Shown piece after piece: positions 27,265-40,084 of a DNA stretch of 64,000 bases. The stretch is from Lama glama. Its lineage: Eukaryota. The stretch spans positions 50,718,001-50,782,000 of the forward strand of contig CM052816.1 in assembly GCA_028534125.1 (NCBI GenBank), in the 5' to 3' direction. Both the position numbers and the translations under genes were made by a program. The first letter of the stretch is position 1. The number at the start of each line of letters is the position of its first letter. The notes under the pieces were generated by a model. The model was not told the origin of the DNA. It did not search any database and saw only the letters and a list, made by a program, of their open reading frames with translations.

Positions 27265-27737
27265 CTCCTAATATTGGAGAATATTGGGTTGAAGGTTGCC
27301 ACCCCACCCAGCTCCTCTTGGTCTCCTTTCACTAAGCCTGTGGGCTCATCCCCCCAGCTTCTGTGCTTTGCTCCTAACAATTGGCACCTACCACTGCCCT
27401 TGGACGTTGGAGCCATAGGAACTGCCTTGCCTGAACAGAAGAAGCTGAAATTTTCTACTCTTTCCTTCCCAGTCCCCTGTCCTTTAGCCAGTGCTGACTG
27501 GAGCGAGGAGAGAAGCCCAGTTCCTTCACCTCAGGGAAGTACAAACTCTAAGGAGTGATTTACATCCCAGAGATACCCTTGAGATCAGCCTCAAATCACA
27601 CTCTTACTTAGTTCCTTCCCCTTCCCTGTCCTGCTCCCTTCACTCCCTTACTGGTCTCTTCTAAGAACACTTTAACAAATGACTTTCACCTGAATCTTTG
27701 CTCTGACTTGTGTTCAAGGTAAACCCAAACTTTGACA
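27265..27737 (+). mobile_element. ERVL solo LTR (LTR16-like)
   Basis: 3' end cccttccctgtcctgctcccttcactcccttactgg...aacccaaactttgaca resembles the LTR16 family; 5' boundary uncertain. Confidence 0.65.
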
Positions 27738-28639
27738 ACAGGGAGCTCTATTCTTGGTCAGTTTATGGCTGTATACTTTGGCCTTGGAAGTGCTAAGAAT
27801 GATATGGCTGCCAAGAAGCTGACCGTATTCCTTATTTCTCTATTTACCTAAACCTTTTCTGTTCCTTGAAGTTGGAATGAGCCTAACTAATGCAAATGAC
27901 AAGTCCTTTCTTATGAAATCAGTACCAGAAATCTTAGATTTTCAGATGAGTTCACAAGGAGCTATAAGTGCAGTAGTTTTTCAATTGCGACAAAATGGTT
28001 TTGTGTACATTTTGTAAACATTTAAAGACACACTTAACCACTTTTGTTGAGTACAATAATGATTAAACTCCTTTAGAAAATAAAAGAAATTGTGAAAATC
28101 ATTTTTTTCCTGAGCATTAGTCATTATCAAAAATTTGATCAATTAAATTCATGAAATATGTTATAGAACTAAAATTTTGGTATTGCTGATTATTTTTCAT
28201 AAATCAAATATTTAAAAATCAGACAATTGTATAAATGAATACAGTTACAAATGTATTTTCTAAGACACCAACACTATAAATTTAACACCATTTCTTTATT
28301 TGTTTTCTATACTGGTTTCTATGTCTTCCTGGGGTTATAACTATACCAATTTTGATATTTTCCAATGGTTTTAATAATATAATTTTAACATCTTGCTAGG
28401 ATTGCAGAAATATTTGAAGACCAAAAAGAAGAGGAATACCTTTTCAGACAATAGAAGCCATAAGAATTCAGATGATCAATCAACTGATCTCTTGTTGGAA
28501 CAGTGGAGCTTGGATGCCCCTTCTCAGTTGACTCACACACAGGTCACTAGGCTGAACTTATTTTGTCTAGTTAAGTTTTGATGGTTTTGGTCAAAAGACT
28601 TTAAGCCCATTATCTCTAAAATGGGTTTTAGCTTTTACA

Positions 28640-28900
28640 ACTTATTGTCTTCAACTTAAATGATGCATTTAAGAAGTCTCACTTGATGTTTGATACTCAT
28701 ATTCAATATAGAGACCTATTAAACCACCTTAGTCATCAGGTTATCAAGATATGGAATGGTTCTATTAATTCCAAAATCCCCTTGTGTATCTTGCCAGTCA
28801 CTCCCTCCACCACAATACATACATTTGATCCTAGGCGACTATTAATTTGCTTCTAGTCACTATGTATTAGTTTTGTTCTTTATGTACTTTCATTAATGTT
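28640..28900 (-). mobile_element. Old L1M 3' fragment
   Basis: aaaccacc...atcaagatatggaa...ccaaaatccccttgtg...cagtcactccctcc...cctaggcgact. Confidence 0.6.
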
Positions 28901-29501
28901 TTTCCTTACATATATGGTTTTCTTGACTACAAAGACTATTTCCTACTTGGCAAACCCTTGATTGGTTGCATTTCTCTATTAAATTTTCTAACTGCTTTGT
29001 TTCATATTACAGAAGATGCTTCTTTTTATAAATATGTATAAAAAGTATCTCATGAGCTTCCATTAACTCGAATATTCAAATCCACACAAATTTTTTACTA
29101 TGAGGGCCCATTTCTACACACTGGTATAATAACTTTTTTTTTTTAATTTCAGAAAAACACAAACGCTACTGATATATCCATGCAATTAAAGGGCTATCAC
29201 TTATTTTATATAAAGAGAAAGAATACAATTTAATTCTTTAAAAGATACAACCTTCTAAATATTTTGCAAATAGTATAGAAGTGGTTTTAAATATATAGTG
29301 CTATATTTGTAGTAAGTAATAGAGATTTTGATTTCTTATCTAACTACTTCAGGTACCAGTGAGATATATTTCACCCATAAATTGCTCTGTATTATATAAC
29401 ACATTAAAAACGATACCAGCACAATGGGCTAACAAATTCAACTTTTACATATAAATTGATAGCTGTATTTGCTTCTGTTATAGAACAGACTGGCAATCTT
29501 T

Positions 29502-29659
29502 TAAAAAAACTATTTATTTATTTATGTTTTGGGGGGGTCATTAGGTCTATTTATTTATTTATTATTAGTTTGTTATTAATGGAGGTACTGTACTGGGGAT
29601 TGAACTCAGGACCTTGTGCATGCTAAGCATGCACTCTACCACTGAGCTATACCCTCCCC
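29502..29659 (-). mobile_element. tRNA-Ala(AGC)-derived camelid SINE (vic-1 type)
   Basis: Minus strand reads GGGGAGGGTATAGCTCAGTGGTAGAGTGCATGCTTAGCATGCACAAGGTCCTGAGTTCAATCCCCAGTAC, with A/B boxes and an (AAAT)n tail; TSD cagactggcaatcttt (29486-29501) / cagaatggcaaccttt (29660-29675). Confidence 0.9.
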
Positions 29660-29789
29660 CAGAATGGCAACCTTTATAAATATGACAATGGCTAGCTGAT
29701 AAGGGTCATTCAGTTGACCTGCACCAAAATGCCTCTCTCAGATGTTCATGGACTCAGCCATTTTCTTTAGGGCACCGTGTAATCAGGCA

Positions 29790-30250
29790 GTGTTTCAGTT
29801 CAGAATATTTTAGTAGCAAGAAGCAGAAACTCACTTAAGCTGATTCAACAATTTAGGTTATTACAAACTTATGGTAAGGGGAAGAAGTCCAGAAACTGGA
29901 TCCACCAGGGAACCAGGCATGCACTCAAAGTCATAAAGCAGTTAGGAACCAAGGCGATTTTCTCTCTCTCTGGGGAATGCAGGGTTCTGGGTCGCCACTT
30001 CTTCACTGTCTACCTCTTCCTGAGCTTATACTCAATTCAGAGGGGCTGATCCAGCTCCTGCTAGATCAAGGGAACACTTGATACTTCCATTTTTGACACC
30101 CATCCGCTAACTAGCCAAGTGTTTTAGTCTCCAACTCCCCACTTGGGATTTTTAGCCACAATAAGTTTCTGGAAGCATATGAAGGAGTTGACAACCTTTG
30201 AGTTAATTTTCACACCTGGCCCAATCAGCTGTGGCCAAGGAGAGGGCCTA
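29790..30250 (-). mobile_element. Ancient MaLR (MLT1-family) LTR remnant
   Basis: tagcaagaagcagaaactcacttaagctg start and cctggcccaatcagctgtggccaagg motif. Confidence 0.5.
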
Positions 30251-30287
30251 GAACCACTCAGTAGGGAGTATGGTTATTCAGGGCAGC

Positions 30288-30343
30288 ATGGTCTGACACA
30301 CAGGGTATGTGGAATGTTTGTTGAATGAATGAATGAATGAATG
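30288..30343 (+). mobile_element. L2 3' terminus with (GAAT)n tail
   Basis: gtctgacacacag...atgtttgttgaatgaatgaatgaatgaatg. Confidence 0.7.
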
Positions 30344-31045
30344 TGGTATCTGAAGAAAAGGATAAAGCACTGAGTCTTGTAGATAAAACTTGGTGAGGCT
30401 CTAGGATTAGAGGCAATAAAAAACAGAAGAGAGGCATTAGATTTATTTACAGGCATTTTATACTGACTAGAAAGAGGCCACAGTGAAGGATGTTATGCCA
30501 TCTGTTCACCACATAATTACATGGTCTAGGAGCTCTGCCTGCTTAGAGGAAGAAGACTACATGTGAAGAGCAACGGAATGATTTCATAGGCCTAATTCCT
30601 GATACCATTTCCTTCTGCATTTTAGGTTTTTGGTGGTTATTCTGTAGATTTGAAAATATTTTGTATGATACCACGTAGCAGCAATTTCTACATGTATTGT
30701 GTTGCATTCACAGGAGGGGGAATGTAAGCAGGGTGTCAGCGAGATTTTTATTTCTTGATCCATGTGTTTGGTATCTTAATCTGAAAAATCTTCTTAGAAA
30801 ATTACAGAATGTGATAGCTGTTTGCAGCCTACTTCTGAGCTTCAGGGATGATTGTCTTTGGAGCTACCCTATTCTTCTCATGGACAAGAGACAGTTTAGG
30901 GTGGGTCTACCCTTTATAAATAACTTTTTTCTTCGATTTATCTTTTCTCTTGGACTTCATCTCATACAGCAGCAAGTACTTTCCTTACGTCCCCCTTACC
31001 AGACCTGGAGTTATGCTGTTCTTAATACAGGGAGAATTGTTTCTT

Positions 31046-31540
31046 TTTTAAAAAAAATTAACTAATTTCAGTTTACAATGCTGTGTCAACTTCTGGTATA
31101 CAGCATAATGTTTCAGTCATACATATACATACATATATTCCTTTTCATTATAGGTTACTACAGATATTGAATATAGTTCCCTGTGCTATACAGTAGAAAC
31201 TTGTTTCTCTATTGTTATAGTATAGTGGCTAGTATCTGCAAATCTCAAACTCCCAAATTTATTCCTTCCCACCCTCTTTTCCCCCTGGTAACCATAATTT
31301 TGTTTTCTATATCTGTGAGTCTATTTCTGTTTTGTAAATAAGTTCATTTGTGTCCTTTTTTTTCTCTTTAGATTCCACATATGAGTGATATATTTTTATT
31401 TCTTTTTCTGGCTTACATCACTTAGAATGACAATCTCCAGGTCCTTCCATGTTGCTGCAAATGGCTTTACTTTATTCTTTTTTATGGCTGAGTAGTATTC
31501 CATTGTATACATATACCACAACTTCTTTATCCAGTCATCT
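31046..31540 (-). mobile_element. 5'-truncated lineage-specific L1 (ORF2 end plus 3'UTR)
   Basis: cagtttacaatgctgtgtcaacttctgg...gattccacatatgagtgata...ccatgttgctgcaaatggc...ttatccagtcatct; homologous to the reverse complement of about 42780-43260. Confidence 0.92.
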
Positions 31541-32934
31541 GGGCTTATAAGAAACAATTTTCTCCCAGTTAAGAGGAAATTGCTTCTTATAAGCCCCCTT
31601 GTCTTCTTCCCTTGATGTGCTTACAGAGTACTTTGGCATTGAATTCTCTGCTTTCTCAGCCATAACCCAGGAATCATCTGGTGCTCTAAGGGCTGAACTT
31701 GTATACATGCATAGCTCTCTCAGAGGCCTAAAAGGTTTGTTCCCAGGGATCATCCTGGTGAGGCCTGTACCCCAGCAGCCTGCAAAGGCACCAGATTGGT
31801 CTTGACTACATGTACCTTGTATTTATCTCTGCCTGCATCCTCTTGACCTTCACAGATTGTATCCATACCCAACAGGGTCAGAAGCAGTGCCGGCCCACAG
31901 CAGGCACGCAAGGCCCACAACCATGAGCCACAGAATATTTGTCAGGGGAACCTTCACACTGTAGTTTGGAAATACATGAGTGTAGCCCTTCTCAAATGCC
32001 CTCTCTGTTGGTCACATTATCATCCTGTGACCAGGTGTGTTTACTCTTATCCTGGATCACCAAGCATTTCTGAGGATAATAATCAGTTCTACCCTCTCAT
32101 CTTCTCCTACATCACAGTAGGAATCTCTGGAGGTAGGTTTTATTCTTGATTCCTTGAACAAACACCAGCTGGCCCAACAGATACCCGTGTTAGCAGCTTG
32201 GCACAGACCTGCTGGTCTAGCAGAACTCAGGGGGATAAAGTGTTAATAGGCTTTGTTTTTGTTTTTGTTTTTTTGAGTATCAGGGTTTTAAAGTAACAGG
32301 AAAATTGAACCAAAATCTCGCTACAGCAGCTTACAAGTCCCATTGCTTGTACTCAAATGTCCTTGTGACATTCAGAGACTCCTTCTCTTTAATTACAAGC
32401 AGATGTAAAGATTGGAATATCATGGTTGATAAAATAAGTAATGTGGCAAGTAATTCAGAGAATTATAGCTCATTTTCTAAGACAGGACAAAGACAGAAAA
32501 TCACCCTTAGAGAGAGCTCTCTTTATTTTGCCTTGAAATATTCAGCACGGACATATTTCTTATTTAGTATACTGTAGTGACCTTGCCCTAATGCTTTCTC
32601 TTACTGATTACTCTTGAATAATAAACCAGAAATAGGAAACCACTACCAGGGTCCAGTGGGAGCTGGATGTCAAATCCACAGAGCTGAACTTCAAAGAGTT
32701 TTAACAGACTAAAACCTGGAAGACCACTGAGACCACATGAACCACAGAAGGGAAAAAAACTTGTTTATAAGGTCAATTCAAAGTGTAGTCAAGTGAATGA
32801 CCTGAATCTGGGATAGAATAATGCCAGAAACAGCCAGGGACACTCCTGACAGTAAGACTAGGGCAGGTTGATTAAGCTAAACACATAGTTAAGAAAGCTT
32901 CACTACCAATAGCTTTCTAAACCATGCTTTATAC

Positions 32935-33080
32935 ATAGGTGTTTATGCATATGCAAGTGAGCGTGTGTGGATAAGTGTGCACATGGGTGTGGTATGTGTG
33001 AGTCTATATGTACTTGAGTGTGTATGCATGTGGATGAGAGGGAATGAATGTAGGTGTGTGCACGTGATGTACATGTGAGC
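32935..33080. repeat. Degenerate (GT/AT)n low-complexity tract
   Basis: Imperfect alternating purine-pyrimidine sequence. Confidence 0.7.
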
Positions 33081-33279
33081 AGGGTCTACCCCACTATTCG
33101 TTACATTGTTTGAGCTCTTTTCTGCTGTTTCTCACTGAAGTCTTTGAACAAAGTACTTTTGTTCCTTTCATGTCTGCTCCAAACTTGCATGTTCCCAACA
33201 CACTGACTTCTTCCTCTGCCATCTAGTCTGTGCTTTCCTCCATGCAATGTGCATTCACTTATCTTTCTCAAGATCACTA

Positions 33280-33475
33280 GCATTTATGGATGTTTTGCCA
33301 TATACTGGGCATTCTGCTGAAAGCTGGACACCATTACTTCATTCAATCATTACAACACTGATGGACTGTAGGTATTACTATTATCTCAGTTCTTAAAGAT
33401 GAGGAAACTGATCCTTAGAGAGGTGAAGCAGTTTGGTCAATGTCACACAGCAAGGACTTGAACCCAAACAAGTCT
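33280..33475 (-). mobile_element. MIR SINE
   Basis: tagcatttat...gtaggtattactattatc...agatgaggaaactga...agaggtgaagcagtttggtcaatgtcacacagc. Confidence 0.85.
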
Positions 33476-35486
33476 CATCTTAAAATGAACTTGTCTATTG
33501 TTGGCCAAAAAAATTTTAGACATTTTTAGAATATTTAACAATTATCCTGCCAAAATGAAGAGCCATCAGAAATCTCCCTCCCTTACATGAAGTGAAATGA
33601 ATAAAATTCATTTATTAATTGGTCATTTACAGATTTTAAATAAAATTTAAGAGTGGTAAGACCAAGCTTTAAAAAGTTTGAAAGAAAGAACTAACAAAGG
33701 GGCACAGCCAAAGAAGTTAAACTTCAAAAACTGACAGCCAGGGAAAGGGGCAAAGGGTCCTGTCCCCATGTGACTTTCCATGGCCCCTCATCTTGTCCTG
33801 CCTACCAAAGCACTAATGGCATCACCAGCAAGTATGGAAAATACTAATATCCCCAATACAGTCAGGAGAAAATGGGGCTATCATTTCCGTTTCCTGACTG
33901 AGAGGTATCTGGAACAGCTGCTGAAGAAAGAGAGGTGAAGCAGGAAATGTGAACCACTGGGGCTGGAGGAACAGCAGGTTCCAGGGCCCCAGGCAGAGCT
34001 AGGGATGTCCCCCTAGATGGCTGTAGGAACGGGACACACCCCCTACTGCCTCCTCCTTGTGGAGGAAATCCTGGCACAGGACATTTAAGAATGACCAGTT
34101 AGGACCCATGTGTTTGGCTGGAGACAGACAGGCAGGACACTGAATGTGTGACTAGGAGGAAGATGAATGCTTAAAGGCTTTGCCTGGACTAGCCCCATCT
34201 TTAGGAAAAATTGAAGCTAGGAATGGAGTGCTGGGCAGCCTTCTCCCATTTTACTCTAAGAACTGTTTCTGATCTTGGTAATGCTTTCAAGGGATTACTA
34301 AGTAAATTTCCCAAAGACCCGTGGAGGAAGGTTTCTGAGAGCGCTTAGCACAAAGCTCCTGATCTGAAAGCCAGCCCCTAGAAGGGAGCTACTTGACACC
34401 CGCAGAGAAGCAGTCACTTCAAAGGGCAAACGGGAGGATCCCTCCCAAGGATCAGGATGTAATCCTCTCCTTGGGCAGAAAGCTCCAGCTTTTTGTGAGC
34501 AGCGTCCCAAATCCCCAAGAGGACGGATCTCACCAAGTCAAGTGGCTCTCCTGTTAATTACTGCGAGAGCCTTCGAAATCTCCAATAAAAAGATGGGGTT
34601 GCATGCAGTTTTTCATCCTCTCTGAAGCTGGAAAGCTTAGCACTTTGTCTCCAGTAATTGCTTCCCCTCACCGGGGCAGGATGTGTCCAGGTCTGCAGGT
34701 TCTGTGTTTCTGCAGAACACAGACCTCATCAGTACAGCAGGTTTTAAATAATGATTAGGTTTTAAAGCCATGGTACTAATATAGAGAAAAAGCCTAAGCA
34801 TTCTAGAACCTCACCCAGAAGGCCTAACATAGGAGGAGAAAGGACAAGATACAAATTCCTACCTTCCTCGAAACTGAATGCTTTGGCCTCCATTTACTAA
34901 GACAGATTCCTAAAAATTGCCAGAGAACCCAGGAGAATCTCGTTTCAGAGCCCCAAATCTAGACTATGCCCTTGCAATTTCTTTTCTATATTTTCAAAAC
35001 ATTCCTTCCTTGGGGTTCTGTGGGTTGCTGATAAACAATGCGGTTGTACAAAGCAGAGCTCTTCTGTTGCAACAAGCCTGAGGCTCCCCGTTATCACTCA
35101 TGTCAGTACATTGGGGACGGGGGAAGCTCGAATACATTTTTGTCTTAGAAATGTGCTATTGCCATTACCTGTTTGGAATTTGACTAGCATTTTTCTAACT
35201 TTTGTCAGCACGTTTCCTCCTCTGCCTTCAGATGACACTTTTTTTTCCTCACTCCTCTTCCCAGGAAATCTCAGAACTCAAAGGAAATTTGTCCTTTTTC
35301 AGAAGTGAGGCCTTCAGAGGTAAAGAAAGACCTGAGGGGGGTCACACCGATGATAAGAACCGTGATCTCCCAGACATCACCCTTGTTCCACATTAGTAGT
35401 GTGTCTTCCCTTTGTGTTCACAGCATCCTCAGAGGACTTGGATGGATATGGCCAGTCAGGATAGACAGTTTCTCATAGTCTAAGAC

Positions 35487-35570
35487 TTCCTTTCTCCCTC
35501 CCTTCCTTCCTCCTTCTTTGCCTCCCTCCTTCTCTCCCTCTATCTCTCCCTCCCTTTCTTTCACTTTCCA
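35487..35570. repeat. Polypyrimidine (CCTT/CCCT) low-complexity tract
   Basis: Seen directly. Confidence 0.85.
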
Positions 35571-36589
35571 TTTAATAAAATTCTCTTGACATGTTTTAAG
35601 CATAATTCTTGACAGTGTTTTTCTTTTGTCAAAAATGGCATATACACATATGTACATATATATGTATACAATTACCTAGTCAGAATGAGATTCTAACTAG
35701 AAGTGGTTGCTAAATGTCTTTTTTTAATGCCCACGGAGACTAGAAAATTAAATTCGGTGACTGTCCTGGTATAGCACACTTCATAAAGCTTATCGTGGGC
35801 CCTGACATTGTTTGCTTGCTTCAGTGGAAACAGGAGTGATCAGGTTATATTCTTTCCTTCATCCCAAGAAGATCCCCATTTGATCCTATAGGAGGTTTAC
35901 AGCATGGCTGGTTAAAAGAGCATTCAGATCCTACAGAAACTTAAAGGGCTCCCCAGAGCACCAGAGGCAAGGAAACTACTGTGTTTTTCTTGACAGAAAT
36001 AAATCTCTCCCAGAAATAATCTCTGGTATCAAAGTTTTCTCTGATCTTCCCTTCTAAGGTTAAGTCATGGGTGACATCCCTCCCTGCTGCTGGCCATGGG
36101 AAGGGAGTCCATTGTGTCGCTCCGGTCTTCGCATGTTTCTAAAGTGCTAGAGAAATGCCCCAGCCTCACAACAGACCAGCTTCTTTCTTGCCAAGTTCCA
36201 TCATGAGTTGTTAGGCAGGAAAAGCAAAAATGCTGGTAACTTTTATGACATTAAATATAAAACAGCTCCCCAAAGGCAGGAAAATGGATGATTCCCAAAG
36301 GTTTGCTTCCATCTGCTTCTGGCTGACAACATTCTTCAAAATTCAGCATTATGAGATTTACCAACAAAGCTGAACATGGCGCCTCCGAAGAGAATTCTCC
36401 TGTATGTGGAGCAGGTTTAGGTGGACTTCCAGTGGTAGACTTGCCTCCAACGTGACCTGCGAAGTTTTGTGAAGGAGTGGCAATTCTCACTCCAGGCTTC
36501 ACGTTAAAATCTCTTGGCCTGGGACATGGTTTGTAAATACCATTTCTGTGCATTGTCCTCGGGGTTTTCCTTCCCCACCTCTATAGATG

Positions 36590-36660
36590 GCCCAGATACT
36601 AGGATTTTAAAAAAATCTCTCTAGGTGATTCATGTGTAGTCAGAATTGAGAATCATTAAG
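36590..36660. mobile_element. MER5-family hAT fragment
   Basis: ttttaaaaaaatctctctaggtgattc...ttgagaatcatt resembles the MER5 terminus. Confidence 0.5.
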
Positions 36661-37309
36661 AGACCAGCATAAGTGGATCCAGTTCTCTGCAGAAATCATT
36701 AATTAATCAAGGGCTATTGAATCAGGAGACCTAACTGTACCTGATTCAACCAAATGCCCATCAGGCGTGCATGGCATTTCTCAGGCACTGACAAAAAAAG
36801 GGCTATGATCAAGGTTTTCTGAAAAAGGCTCCGAGTAAATGGATGGGTTTCTCAGCACATAAAACATTAATACCAGTGTTTAATCTCACTAACTTACAAT
36901 AGAAACTGCTGTATTGATTTGTGGTACTTACAGGGGCAGAAATAGATTGTAATTTGAATCAAATTGCTCAGAAAATTCCCCTGGTAAGTCCATCTACTAG
37001 AAAAACAATCTTAGAGAATAAGGAGCATGTTATTCTACCCAGTGGGCCCGAACCCGCCTGCTCAGGCCCACACAGGAGGTAAAACAGGGGCCCCACTGAC
37101 ATCCTTCTCTCTCGGAGAAACTCCCTCTCTAGGCAGGGAAGTGCCCCTCCTCCATCCTGGGGCTGTGTCCACTCAGTCTTGTGGATCAGGGAGGCAGAGG
37201 TGAGAAAGGGAGGAACTGTCAGGCCTGCTAGAGACCTAGAGGCAGGGGTTGAGATGAGAGAGAAGGGGTCTCTGGAGGGAAGGGTACAGGGGCTTTTGTA
37301 CCTATGTGA

Positions 37310-37452
37310 GAAAGGCTTTCAATTCTGGCTTCCACTGGAATTACCTGCAAAGCTTTAAAAATATCCCAGTGCCCAGGTTCCATTCTGGAACAATTCAGTC
37401 AGAATCTTTGTGGGCAGGGACTGTGACATCAGTTATTTCTTAAAACCTCAGA
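37310..37452. mobile_element. MER5A/B-like hAT DNA transposon fragment
   Basis: tggaattacctg...gctttaaaaatat...tgcccagg...aattcagtcagaatct...catcagt. Confidence 0.65.
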
Positions 37453-39504
37453 GATTTAGCCTGTCAAGGCTAGCAGAATAAATTGGCTATTTCTGTAGTA
37501 TGATTTCTTAGGTGATGGAAAAAAATCCTCTTTCTTTCAAGTTTCCCCTCAATCAACATATTAACGCCTAACATTCAGCAATTAGAGATGCATTCCTTTG
37601 ACTTAATAAGAGGCTTTATTCTCTTTATAAAGCACACACTCCACTTAAACCACTATTTATGAGTGTTTTAACAGAAGAAGGCAAGACCATGAAATCAGAG
37701 AAAATTTTAGGGCACCAGGAAGGACAGCACTAGGATGGGAGCAGGACAGGGGGACTGAGGACTAAGTTAGCTGCCTTTTCACTTTTGCCTAAAGTTTGTT
37801 TCAGGGGATGATCGCTGCAGACTGCTGGCTTTACGGGACTTGCAGGTTGGCAGTCCCACTTCTGAAACTAGGAGGACTCAAGATTCAGTGGTCACAAGAT
37901 TCAGTGTAGCAAGAGGGCCACATCCAGCCACTCTTCTGACCTGTCCATATTTAAGAATCAAAGAACAAATTACTCAAGACCAATGTCACAAACTGATAAA
38001 TGAGGAAACTAAGGAGACAGAGGTGGGATTATGAGTTAGGTCCCCTAACCTAATTCACATGCTCCCCTCTACCACACCGTTCTTTTTCAAAAGGAGACCA
38101 ACCTCTTCCTTTTTTGGATTTACTTTGTTCTATCCTACTGAATGAATCTCTTTCCCCCTAGAAGCACTTACTGGCAATTAGGTCTTTTTGCCCTGAATAC
38201 AGAGGTTGCCCAACTTATAAACAGATTGTGCTCCAAAACCTTAGATATAAAGTGGTTATTTGTAATTCAGAATACACTTTCCTATTGAAATAATATTATA
38301 TATGGCAGTTATTTTAGTTTCTTCGATCAATTCTGTAACAAGTTCAATCATAAATATTCTTGAAATGATATGATTATCTTAACCATCATGGAAGGAAGTG
38401 TGTATCAAGTCAGGAAGTCTAAACTTGTAAATCCAGCTCTTCCCTCTCTGCCCCCAAAATTAATCAGATGTTCTTTCCTCAAATGTCTCCCCTCTCCCCA
38501 ACCATCCTACCATTGCAACATTTTAGAGCAAAGATATCTGGGTAAATATTCTAGGTATCAGGGCACAACGTGGCAAGTCATTAAATTTAAGTTTATTCTG
38601 AAGAGTCTCAGGTGGAGAGAGAGAGATCTTTCCTCCCAGGAAGAAATCTGTAATATTTTACAGATGCGTATATTTATAAATGAGGGACATAGATAAAATC
38701 CACATATTCACTTCCTAGCAGAATTGCTTTCATCTAGAAAAAAATAATTGGGTTTTTATACTTAACATTCAGTGAAGAATATCTACTATATCAAGTCTAG
38801 TCATATTTAATAATATCAACTTACACATTTTGTATCTTGAAATCATGGTGTAGGGTATGCCACCTTTGAGGATGCTTGGCTCTTAAGTAACAAACTCAGC
38901 TGACAGAGTGACTTCGCCAAGCTGTAGAACCATGTGATAGACATATTAATGGAAAGAAATGTGTTCCTCAAGATGACTTTGAAAGATGGTTTAGGAGTTT
39001 TGGCAGGATGTGTCCTCTGTAGCTGAAGATCTATGTTTATGCCTTATAAAGTGACAAAGTTGTGTTAGGCTCCTCAAAGAAATGGGGCTGTTGTCCACGT
39101 AGAGTAAAAGTAAGTAGCCCTATAGGACTTAAGACAAAAGAACCATGAATGCAGTCATCCACGGGGTAAGGAACTTACTTGCCTTTCAAGCCACATAGAG
39201 GATTTTGTCAAATAAAAGGAGAGAGAAACAACAGCTGAAGTAACAAGAAAAGAAATAAAAATCAGGTGGGAGGTCATCAGAGCAAAACTTCAACATTTGC
39301 ATCTTCTGACCGCTCGGTTATGGATTTCCTTTAAATTCTGAAGAAGCAAGAAGAGAGCAATTTTTAAACTCCCATTTTCTACCAAAAAATGTTTCTTTCT
39401 CTAGTCACCTACTGCCAGCTGATGACACAAGAGTTGTCCAAAATGTTAATCAGTACTTAATTTTCTATATAGCCCCTCTGTTACTCTTTAACTCTGAGGC
39501 TATG

Positions 39505-40005
39505 TCCATCCAATCCATCCCTCTAGCCATCCATCCATCCATCCACACACCCAGTGAATACATAATGAACACTCACTTAGGGCCAGGCAATGTTGTAAGC
39601 TCTGGAAATAAAGCAGTGAATAAGAATATTGCCCTTATTTTATAGGAGAAACAGATAATAAGTGAGTAAGCAAATAATTATATAATATAATATCAGGAAT
39701 AAGGGATTATTAGAAAATAAAGCAATGCAAGGAAATACAGTAAAAGGGAGGTACAGAGCTCTTTTAGATAGGATGGCCCTATTGAGACGATTTTTGAGTA
39801 GAGTCCTGAGTGAAGAGCAGGAGCCAGCTATTAGAAAATGTGAGAACAAGATGCTCCAAGTGGAGAGATCTACTAGAGCAAAGGCCCTGGGGCAAGAATG
39901 AGCTTGGTATATTTGTTGAAAAGCAAGACAACCATTGAGAGTCTAGTCGGGTAAGAATGGTAGATGAGATCAGGGAGACTCTTGTGGACCATGGTAAGAA
40001 ATGTT
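39505..40005 (-). mobile_element. L2 LINE 3' portion with (TCCA)n tail
   Basis: ccaggcaatgttgtaagctctggaaataaagcagtgaataag...gcaaaggccctgggg...ggaccatggtaaga. Confidence 0.8.
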
Positions 40006-40084
40006 TGAGGGGAAACTATTTGGAGATTTGGAGCTAAGGGGCTGCCATAAAATAATTTTGTTTTAAGAGCCATACTGTAAAAGC

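Noticed and set aside
29585..29659. Possible tRNA-Ala(AGC) gene
   Set aside because: It has a SINE tail, a TSD, an altered acceptor stem and a duplication, so it is a SINE head and not a tRNA gene.
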